A stretch of DNA of 64,000 nt from Diplonema japonicum (taxonomy: Eukaryota > Protista > Euglenozoa: Diplonemea): positions 186,001 to 250,000 of the forward strand of contig OZ025702.1 in assembly GCA_964019335.1 (NCBI GenBank), read 5' to 3'. Of the stretch, positions 55,148 to 64,000 are shown piece by piece (position 1 is the first letter of the stretch; each line of letters begins with the position of its first letter). The notes under the pieces are model-generated. The model searched no databases, was not told the origin of the DNA, and saw only the letters and a program-made list of their open reading frames with translations. The position numbers were made by a program, and so were the translations under genes.

Positions 55148-57606
55148 ATGGAGGTCTTGAAGCAAGGTGACCTGGTAGTAGCCAATGGGCTGCTAGACAC
55201 AGTGGACTTAAATGGCATGCAGGGGACGTTGGTGGGATGGACAAAGGATGGGGAGCGTGCTATAGTGGAGTACGGAGACGGAGAGAGGTTCGTGACTAAG
55301 GAAAACCTGTCTGTGGTGAAGACAAAAATGAGACACCTGCCATCTATCACGTGTGCCCTGAGCATCAGTGCGGCCTGTGTCTACTACATCGCATTGAATA
55401 AAGCGCTGCTGAAGCTCAAAAAGGGTGATGGTGTCGTTGTGTCTCGTCTTATCCAGCTCAGCAACAAGATAATGATAGTGAAGGGCTCCTTTGGTATAGT
55501 GTCTCGTGTCCCTGGCGGCAAGCCCAGCACCATTGGTGTCACGGTCAATGGGACCTATTTCGATGCGACATCTGCCGACGTGGTGCCTTCTCATGACCCG
55601 ATGAACCCACTGGCAGAACCTTCTTGGCGGCAGGAGTCCCCAAGCATAGCATCTCCCGCCCCTGTCATCGAGCCGAACAGAAGTAAAAAAAGAAGTAGCA
55701 ATCAACCAGCTCAAAAGAAGAGCTGGTTTTGCTGCTTTTCACCCAACAGCGCTGTTGACGACGAAGGGGACAGATCTCCTCGAAGCCCGCCTGCGCAGCA
55801 CTCTACCAACTTCAACGAGGCTTCAAGAACACTTCCTCGTATCACAACATCTTCCGTGTCTTCGTCGCAGAACCCGCACCCGCCTTCGGTAATGTCCTAC
55901 AACTCTATCAAGTCCCCGCCGCAACGTCCACTTGCAGGTCCCATCAAGAGCCCTGACAAGCCCCTTGCGAAGTCACCACCCACCCAGCCTATTGAATGTG
56001 TTGTCAAAAGCCCCCCCAAGGCGTTAGACTCCGTGCGAAGCACACGGAGCGTGTCAGGCGAGCAGTTTGCGAACTCCTCCACACGATCTCTGTCGCTTAT
56101 ACCAGTTGCACAAGTGAGTTTGAAGAGTGCACCTAAAAGCCCACACAGCCCACACTCGCGCAGCTCCGTGGGGTGGGGACACAGCCCGACCAGCCCGTTG
56201 AGTGCGGGGAATGAAGGATTTAAGCTAGAGGATGACGAGGAAGAAGAAAAAAAAGATGACAAAGAGGAAGATGAAAAAAGAGAAGCGGGCAAAGAAGATG
56301 AAGAAGAAGAGACGGGCATGGAGAGGAGGAGAACGCTCCCTGTGGGAAGTCTTGTGATGGAAAAGCCATTGGGGATAGATGACATAGAGAAGCTATATGG
56401 TCTCATGATCGGGAAGGGCAAGGTCCTGACACACTCAGGAGCTGTGCTGGCTTGTACGAAGGGTGTCGTACTCGAAGAGCTGCACGTGCTAAAGGTAGTG
56501 CGTGATCCTGGCGACCCAGTGTTTACGGAACAAGACACAGAACGGTTTCTCTCCGCCCTCCCCAAGGACTCCCAAGGGATATCTCAACATGTTGTAATGC
56601 CAACAGACTTGCACCTTGCTGTGCTTGTCTCCACCCATGCACCACTGGCAGTTCCTTCTTCCTCGTCGTCATCTTCGAATGAGCTGCCAGATGTGGAAGA
56701 GGTAGAGGTGTCCACCGAGACCACCCAACAACCAAAAAAATCGCGCAAGGAAAAGAAATCGAAGAAGAAGAAGAGAAAGGAAAAAAAGGCGAAAAAAAAT
56801 AAGCGTGGGAAAAAGGAGAAGAAACAGGTGGAAAAGAGCAGCGACGATGCAGACGCTGTCGACGTCATGTCAACAGGCTCCTCGCTGAAGCCCTGCGAGG
56901 TGTTCAGCTCGCCTGAATTTGTAAAGAACGATGATGAAGTAGAAGCAACACCCATGGTGCCCCTCCCGCCTGCCTCGTGGGATGCAAAGACGGTGTCCCC
57001 GGAAAAGGTCTCACCGCCACCGAGTCTTGTGAAGAGTCCTGAAAAACCTTCTCCGAAGCTGGTTTTGAACGCTTCCATAGCCAAAGCAGAAGGGGAACCG
57101 TTGGGGCTTGACATCACTGACGATCTGGTGGTCACTTCGGTGGTGCAAAACGGCGCAGCGCAGAGGTCCGGGCTCGATTTCAGGTGCGTTGGAATGCAGC
57201 TGTTCAAGGTGAATGGCGAGGATGTGACGGAGGCGGAGGAGGCTGCAAAATCCGTTTTTAGCAGTGTGCTGGAGTTGCAATTTTGTCTTCCAAGAGATGC
57301 GCCCAACCCCGGGTCCCCAGTGGACATGATGTCATCGCCGCAGGTATGTAGCCACATTGTCACCGATTCACACCTACATAGGTTGCCGCGCCCCCCTGCA
57401 CTCCAACATCACCCGCTGCCGTTTGTGTGCCATGTGATCCTACTTCACGTTTCGTGTCTCCTGTTGCCAAGCGGTCCAGGTCCAGGTCACCTGTCTACCG
57501 AAAAAATGAGGGCCTCATGGGACAGAACAGAATACGATGGGTTCGCAGCCCAATCCAAGCAGACGCTTTGTGGATCGAGTCGCTCCGGACCCGTGCCGGG
57601 CTTTGA
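55148..57606 (+). CDS. Low-complexity protein with N-terminal SH3-like modules and a PDZ-like domain; probable intron 57344-57381
   Basis: EPLGLDITDDLVVTSVVQNGAAQRSGL..VG.QLFKVNGEDV (PDZ-like); splicing gives a stop at 57604-57606. Confidence 0.7.
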
Positions 57607-57804
57607 AACTCTTCAGTTCCCTCCTTCCTTCCTTCCCCCCAGTCAAAAGTAAGAAGAAAAAAAAAATTGTAAGAAAAAAAAAAAAATAATGATATGTTCC
57701 TTCCCTCCCCCCGTTAACACAGTCTTGCGAGACGGAACAAAAATGGTTATGGTTTTTTTTTATTATCTCTCGCACTTTTCAACTTTATCTTTCAAAGGCA
57801 CTCG

Positions 57805-60507
57805 ATGGATGCCACTGAGCGGTTGAACAACTTCCTTGCGGGAGAGGCGACGTGCTTGATTAATGCTTTCGATAAAATGCAGTCGCAGGAGGAGGAAAAC
57901 TTTGTTTTCTCCTGCGGGAAACTCCAGCAAGAAGCGATAGGAGTACCCGCAAGGATGAAATTCAACGAGAGGCGGAAACAATCTTTGAAAGAAGGGGTCA
58001 ACCTGACAAAAGAGGAAGAAGAGTTCGTGGCGGAAGGGAAGGGAAAGCTCCCCGTAGGGTCGAAGAAAATACTACACGGGGAAAAGCCTCCCGAGGAACC
58101 GCAGCAAAACCGTGTTCCGCTGTGGCAGCGCACGATGGTGGACAAACGTGTTGCAAACATCGTGAAGGAAGAAAACACAAAACTCATCAAACGCATAAAT
58201 GCGAAGGAGGAGAACGTGTGTCTAACTCCCTGCGGGGAATGCAACGTGGAAGCTTTTGTACCAAAACCACCTCCTGCAAAAGTAGAAGGAGAGAAGCCCC
58301 CTTGCGACAACAGACAACAAATTCTGAAACTCAACCAACAGGCATCACGGGAGATCCGTCTCTTAGTCCGCAAGCTTGCCATTGAAGCCAACGACACACA
58401 CCCCGCTTCTGAGGGACTCGCCCCTCTTATCTCCGCTGTTTCTAAAAAAATCACTTCGAAGGTGGAATCCCTTCCAACACGGCATGAGGATTCCCTTGGG
58501 TTCCTTCTCAACGACGGCCACGCCCTCCCCGTCCTGGGATACCTCCCCATTCTGTCACGCTCGGGCAAACCGCTTAAAAAACCCCTCAAGGCCGCACGAG
58601 GGGTCGTCGTCAATGTCTATGTTGACAAGAAATACCTCGGATCGTACCGGCCGTGCCTTAGAGTCATGCGGTACTACATTCTTTGCCACAGCGTGTACTC
58701 CTTGGTCAAGGTGAAGCGTCTACCTAGCAAGATGACAGCAGAGGTATCGCGGCCGTTGCCTTTCACAGGCGAATACCAATTGGAAGACCTGTTGGCAGCC
58801 ACAATGCCGCTCATCAAAAGGGAAGTGTTGCAAAGCCTGTTTGTGTCTAGTAAAATCCGCACCTCAGGAATGCAGATTTACGAACACGTGGCCGCGGTCT
58901 CTGAGACGCCTTCCCCGCATGTCAATGACGTGATGCAGCTCCTTTTGAACCTGCAGACAGTCATCATGCCTTGCTACGACATGGCGCATAATATCGATAC
59001 TGCCAAAGAAGATGTCAAGAGGATGACTCCTTGTGAATCGGTAGTGGAATGGGAACCCTTCTTTCGGTCTTTGTTTGAGTACGCGCTGATTGTGCACTCC
59101 CGTGCGCTGCCTCCCACCGAGGAGACCATCAACGACTTCTTCGTGGCCGTGTTGGAGTGGGTCGGAAAAGGATCTGAGAAGAAGTACACCGACATAATAG
59201 AGAACACACGCGTAGCAAAACTGAAAGCCTTCAAAGACAAGATGATGACCACCGATAGCAACGAAGCCTTCACCTCGTCAGGGTACCCGCCGCCACAAAA
59301 GCACAAGCCCAACAAGTTCGGCTATGGCAAGGTGGGTCTGTTCCTGCGAACATTAGGATCCGATCTCACAACAATGCTGCTCAACCAGTGGGACTTCACA
59401 AAGCTAACAGACGCCGATTTCGAGCACCCCCAACAAGAAGAAGGCGAGGACGGCCAAGAAGAAGACGACGAAGACGAGTGGCAAGAAAAGGACAACCTCG
59501 ACGGGCTGCTAGAACATCTTGCTGAGGAGTCCGATGCCAGCGAAGAGACCATGAAGGAGTGCAAGGTAACCTTCGAGAAGCGATACGAGGGCCAGTACTT
59601 ACAACAGCTTCTAAGGAGCGTGCAGGATGCTGAAGCGGACTCCGAACCTGAAACTACTTTAACGCTGGAGTCCAGTCTGAAGGAACCACCACGCGTCTCT
59701 CAGCCCCCACATGTCAATGAAGCACGTATCAAAGTACGAGCGAAGGATCTTCTAGAAGAAGCAGCACGGCGGAAAAAACTTCGCAGTGCCCCCGTGCGAC
59801 CCGCACCGCAGCCACCGAAGTACCGGGTGTCTTCTGCGCTAGGGTCGCATTTGAAATCCATCAAGCCGACAAATTTCAGAATAACACCGAAGATACCATC
59901 ATCACCGTTCAAAAACGCGCTGAAGACAGCGTCTGTCCTTGAGGCACAGATTAAATCCCTGCGCAGGAGTGAGGGGGTGACGTACAGAAACGTGGAAGAA
60001 ATGGAAAATGTGGTGTGTGATGAAGTACTCGACATGCAGTTGGATGGAAGGAGCCGCGAGGCACTCGAGCTTCAAACCGCCTTTCGAAGTCTTAAAGCCT
60101 TACCATTAAGGTACATTCAAGCAGTCGAAGAAGGGATGAGAAGGACGGCGGTGAGGGGACAACGGAGGCGTCCCCAGACAGGGAAACCTCGTATCATGTT
60201 GCTGCCCGATGTGCGAGAGTACGAGACACCACGGGCGGGCAAGTACAGAGCACCGACAGCGAGAATCAGCAGCGATGACGGGAGGCTGGAGCGGGCTGTT
60301 ATGGCTGTGTCAGGGAACAATAACGAGACACCGAAATCGTACCAGAAAATGCTCACTGTTATCGAGAACCTCCCCCCTGAAAAGCTAGAACGGCAGAACA
60401 GCGGGTACTCCGTTCTGCGGGAGAGACTCGTTTCCGTCAAAGCAGTCCGGCGTGCTTCTGTAGTGGCGTCCTTGTGTTCCGTAACCTTGGTTTCTATAGT
60501 ACACTGA
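57805..60507 (+). CDS. Hypothetical protein (900 aa)
   Basis: Long uninterrupted ORF; no family recognised. Confidence 0.75.
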   Translation: MDATERLNNFLAGEATCLINAFDKMQSQEEENFVFSCGKLQQEAIGVPARMKFNERRKQSLKEGVNLTKEEEEFVAEGKGKLPVGSKKILHGEKPPEEPQQNRVPLWQRTMVDKRVANIVKEENTKLIKRINAKEENVCLTPCGECNVEAFVPKPPPAKVEGEKPPCDNRQQILKLNQQASREIRLLVRKLAIEANDTHPASEGLAPLISAVSKKITSKVESLPTRHEDSLGFLLNDGHALPVLGYLPILSRSGKPLKKPLKAARGVVVNVYVDKKYLGSYRPCLRVMRYYILCHSVYSLVKVKRLPSKMTAEVSRPLPFTGEYQLEDLLAATMPLIKREVLQSLFVSSKIRTSGMQIYEHVAAVSETPSPHVNDVMQLLLNLQTVIMPCYDMAHNIDTAKEDVKRMTPCESVVEWEPFFRSLFEYALIVHSRALPPTEETINDFFVAVLEWVGKGSEKKYTDIIENTRVAKLKAFKDKMMTTDSNEAFTSSGYPPPQKHKPNKFGYGKVGLFLRTLGSDLTTMLLNQWDFTKLTDADFEHPQQEEGEDGQEEDDEDEWQEKDNLDGLLEHLAEESDASEETMKECKVTFEKRYEGQYLQQLLRSVQDAEADSEPETTLTLESSLKEPPRVSQPPHVNEARIKVRAKDLLEEAARRKKLRSAPVRPAPQPPKYRVSSALGSHLKSIKPTNFRITPKIPSSPFKNALKTASVLEAQIKSLRRSEGVTYRNVEEMENVVCDEVLDMQLDGRSREALELQTAFRSLKALPLRYIQAVEEGMRRTAVRGQRRRPQTGKPRIMLLPDVREYETPRAGKYRAPTARISSDDGRLERAVMAVSGNNNETPKSYQKMLTVIENLPPEKLERQNSGYSVLRERLVSVKAVRRASVVASLCSVTLVSIVH

Positions 60508-60619
60508 TGACACTTCTATCGAAGATGTCAGTTTTTTATTTTATTTATTTATTTATTTTTTTTTTTTTGTCGTTGCTCGCGATACCTGTTGGCAGGCCAA
60601 GCAATATGCTTTACACGAA

Positions 60620-61171
60620 ATGGCCGACTTTTCAACCTTGGTGACCTTTCTAAAGGAACTTCGGTACTTTGCTTCGTGCGGCAGTGAAGACTGTCCTTAC
60701 CAGTGGGACCCTTGTGGGGTTCGAGCAGGGGGGTTCAGTGCGTTTCGAAAGATTTTATGTTATGTGTTGCATTGTTATGATAGAAGGTTGGCTTTCGAGT
60801 TTCGGAAGGATTTCGGTTTGAACTGCAGCGATCTTGAGTTTGTTGCGGGGCTTAAGAAGGTCGTTCTGCCCTTGGTGGACCCGGAGCCTTTGCTGTATTG
60901 TGGGTTCCCTGCGAGGGAGAAAATAAGGATAGTCATCGAGACGTGTAAAGAGATTCTTGAGTTGCTGCACCGGTTGCCTTTCCCTCCGGGGGCTTTTGAC
61001 TTTAACCTGCACCTGACAAGAGTCAACCTCAAATTCATTAAACTCTGCAGGGCACGGGAACCAATGCCCCTGCACGACATTTTACCCCAGCCGTTAAAAC
61101 AACCGTATGCTGTGGCTTTAGCGAGCGGCATAGATCTTGCTGTTCTGGAGAAATACAGCGCAAAAAGATAA
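60620..61171 (+). CDS. CEP44 N-terminal domain-like protein
   Basis: ILCYVLHCYD..LA......L..SD.EFV..L.KV......P.....GF...KI.IV resembles the CEP44 domain pattern (from memory). Confidence 0.5.
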   Translation: MADFSTLVTFLKELRYFASCGSEDCPYQWDPCGVRAGGFSAFRKILCYVLHCYDRRLAFEFRKDFGLNCSDLEFVAGLKKVVLPLVDPEPLLYCGFPAREKIRIVIETCKEILELLHRLPFPPGAFDFNLHLTRVNLKFIKLCRAREPMPLHDILPQPLKQPYAVALASGIDLAVLEKYSAKR

Positions 61172-61242
61172 CGGTCCTCTCTCTCTTTTTCTCTCTTTTT
61201 TTTTTTTTTCCCGCCACTATTTTTTTTTCTCTACCGTATGCT

Positions 61243-61275
<33 letters not shown>

Positions 61276-61336
61276 CTTCCACTGGTTGAAAATTTTTGAA
61301 AAGAGTGGGGGGGAGAAAAAAGAAAAAAGAAAAAAA

Positions 61337-61640
61337 ATGACTATTGGCATCAACGTCTCTCAGTTCTGGTTTGGGTGCGTCTCTCCAATGCTGCCCATTA
61401 TGTACTACTTGACTATGGTGAGGCCCTCGGTCCCTTATGCGCGGGCGAGGTTGAGCCTTCCCCTTCCTCCTCTTTACAAGCAGGCATTGTTCGTCCTTTC
61501 GTTTGCGTCAATAATGTTGAAACGTGAGGTGTGTTAAGAAACAAGGGTGGGGGGGGGGGGGGGGGGGGGGGATTACACTTACACAGGGCGATTTTGGTTT
61601 CATCCATCCTTCGCTCAAGGTGGACAGGGAGGAAGAATAG
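61337..61640 (+). CDS. 59-aa hydrophobic microprotein; exons 61337-61417, 61484-61528, 61587-61640
   Basis: ATG after A-run; two phase-0 GT-AG introns give MTIGINVSQFWFGCVSPMLPIMYYLTMALFVLSFASIMLKREGDFGFIHPSLKVDREEE. Confidence 0.55.
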
Positions 61641-62090
61641 GATGAAGTGATAGTAGAGAGGAAAAAAAAAAAAAAGAAAAAAAAAAGACCCTCCCTTTCC
61701 CCTTCCCATCAGTTATGTTAATACGGAAAAAAAAAAGGAAAAAAAAAAAAAAAAAGAGTGGGTGGGTGGGTTTAAATTAAGCACAATAAAACGGCTCATA
61801 TCTCTTAAACGGGGGGGTTTTTTTTTTTTGCACCTGCTCGGGGAACGCTGAAAATTTGCTGTTTTTTCAAAACAAATACTACTAATGATTGAAAGGGTTC
61901 TTGTACCCTGAATTATGTATACTCTCCCCCCCCTCCCAAAAAAAGAAAATACTACCACGGCCTTTTTTTTTTGAATAGTGTTTTTTTTAGGGGGTGTATT
62001 AGTGTTTTTTTTTCCCTTCTTTTTATTTTCACCCCCCCCCCCCCCCCCGGTCAATCGGCACAACCCAACACACAAAGGAGGGGTAAAAGG

Positions 62091-62908
62091 ATGGTGTCCA
62101 TACCCACCTGCAAGGATGTGTCTGACGAACATCTAGACACCATTGGGAATTACTTTGCAATGTTTCTAAAGCGGTTGGTAGTGGTGGCCTGCATAATAGC
62201 GATAATAGGTTTTTTGGGGTGCATTGCGACCACCGTGTCCCCCCCTGCAGGGAGCGCAGCGAAGCTCGACGTCTCCCCAGTGGACGTAGAAAGCAAGCTG
62301 GTCCCGGTGGAGAAGGCCCCTTCGACAGCACCCCAGGAAAACGCAGTGTGGGTCACCTCCTTCACAGACGTTGATGTCAAAACCCACCGATGCAGGGAAA
62401 TGTCAACAGGGATCCAAGCCAGGTGTGTGCATACTGACACCGGCCTCAGCGTTTCCATAATCCCAACTTCAGGGAAGTGGTTGACCTGGCAATGTGAAGC
62501 ATGCGACTGTAGAGGATGCCCTGATGACGCACCGTGCAACGGGACCAAAGTAGCACCTTCATGTTTCTGCCAAGAAGGTTGTATTTGCAATGAACAAGAC
62601 CCAGGCGTGGTCATACGGGTCTGCACGCAGACACTGGATGGTTCCTACACCGACTACCCACCTAAGGACACTGCGCTCACCACTGAGTACCAGCTGTTCG
62701 CCACGCTGACCAACATGGGGTACCTGTTCTTCCTTGTCTTGATATTTGTGGCGGAGCTTGAAATGAGCAAGTTTGCTGCTGCTGCAAAACTTATCACATT
62801 CTGGCCTGTCCGGGCGTCGTTGCAGCTCTTTCTTGGGGTGCAGTTGGTGAACACAACTACCACACAAGCCACGTCAGGGTATGTTTTGTGGGGAAAGGGT
62901 GGGGGGGA

Positions 62909-62943
<35 letters not shown>

Positions 62944-63220
62944 CCCCCAATCCTACAGCCACAACAATGACGTAGTTCACAATATTTCCCTTGTTGGAGG
63001 TTGGTTTCTTGTGTTTAGCGGTCTGGCGCACCTTATTTTTTACGGTATCTATGTGCGGCCCATACGCCCAGCGAAGGTGTGAAAAAAAAAGAAGAAAAAA
63101 AAAAAAAGAAAATCACAGTTTTGCGGAATTTTATGCATTGTGATTCTACTCATTATCGTTCCTATCGGGGCTGCCATTGGTACTACTGCTAGCAAGGATG
63201 GTGGAGGAAGTGATGACTGA
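62091..63220 (+). CDS. TVP15/COPI-associated-like membrane protein with Cys-rich lumenal insert; exons 62091-62878, 62959-63076, 63119-63220
   Basis: YLFFLVLIFVAEL......A.LITFWPVRASLQLFLGV; two GT-AG introns keep the hydrophobic frame. Confidence 0.6.
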
Positions 63221-63796
63221 AAAGGCAGGCTTTTTTTTTTTTTTATTTCCTTCGATCTCAGTCTTTTGTTGTATCAGTTTAGAAGGATTGTGAGTGAGGT
63301 GAGTGAATGGGGTATTTTTTTATTTTTTATTTTTTTTCTTCTTTTTCGTTTCTTGAAATCTCAATTTTTATTTTATGAGAAAACTTTCGGGGAAGGGGGG
63401 TAAAAAACAAAATAAAAAAAAAACCGAATAAACAAGTATAGGACAGAATGTCCTTCAGGAAGGGGGGAAGAAAATATTTATAAAAAAAAAAGAGAGGGGA
63501 GGGGGTCGTGCCCTTGCCCTGTTTCTCCTCTGCTCGTCCTTTTCGAAAAAAAAAAGTATTTGAAATAAGTTTCCAACTCTTTCTTCTCTTATGTGATTCA
63601 CTCTCACCCCCCCCCCCCCCCCCCCCTGCCCTACCCCGCTTTTTTCTTTCTTCTTTTCTTTGTTCTCTGTCCCCGCCCCTTTCCTACGTACTTTTTTTTC
63701 TCTTTTTTTTTTCTTTCCGCACATCAACAAAGAACATTTAAGAAGGGAGAATAATATAAAAAAAAGAAGAAAACAAAAACAAAAAAAAAAAAAAAA

Positions 63797-64000
63797 ATGG
63801 CTGAAGAAGAGCGAAGAACGCTGTTGCTGCCAAAGGGTGTGAAGCACAGCAACTGCCCGTATTGTGCTAAACCGGAAGGGTTTGTAACGCAAGGTGTACA
63901 GGCAAAGAAGATCACACCGGAAGCGTTCCTTGACCTGCTGAACAACGGGTGGAGGAGGTTTGGGGACTACCTGTGGGTGCAAGAAGAAGGGATCTGCTGC
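63797..64000 (+). CDS. ATE1: Arginyl-tRNA--protein transferase, N-terminal part (runs off the window)
   Basis: MAEEERR...NCPYC...FLDLLNNGWRRFGDYLW.....CC matches the ATE N-terminal domain. Confidence 0.85.
   Translation, partial: MAEEERRTLLLPKGVKHSNCPYCAKPEGFVTQGVQAKKITPEAFLDLLNNGWRRFGDYLWVQEEGICC

Overview
Eukaryotic nuclear DNA, most likely a euglenozoan and probably a diplonemid. This is an inference from the 5S and 18S sequences, the receptor-type adenylyl cyclase, and about 30 protein genes that all lie on the + strand yet carry short cis-spliced GT-AG introns. Intergenic DNA and introns are full of long A/T/G/C homopolymers, which generate most of the small ORFs in the supplied track. 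Recognisable genes: cysteine synthase, Nop15/NIFK-like RRM protein, PX+CAP-Gly protein, MORN-repeat protein, Ntn-hydrolase, ARL3, ACBP-domain protein, CIA30-domain protein, a metacaspase/DUF3089 double pseudoenzyme, Nudix hydrolase, alpha-kinase, MCM3, adenylyl cyclase, VIT1-like transporter, MoaC, CEP44-like protein, TVP15-like protein and ATE1. There are five tRNA genes, three of them inside one ARL3 intron. The top finding is an apparent retrotransposition system that targets tRNA start sites. An 863-bp element made of a full-length 5S rRNA head fused to a LINE 3' end sits at the first nucleotides of a tRNA-Val gene with a 15-bp target-site duplication (TSD); a paralogous site lacking it is in the same window. 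A second poly(A)-tailed insert with a 12-bp TSD sits at the first nucleotide of tRNA-Lys. Both targets contain AATTAACAG, and both targeted tRNA species carry C33 instead of the near-universal U33. The window also holds a Sola-like DNA transposon in an intron, Helentron-like elements, an intronic 67-bp repeat array and a stray 18S rRNA fragment. All calls were made by eye, and intron models are unverified by transcripts.
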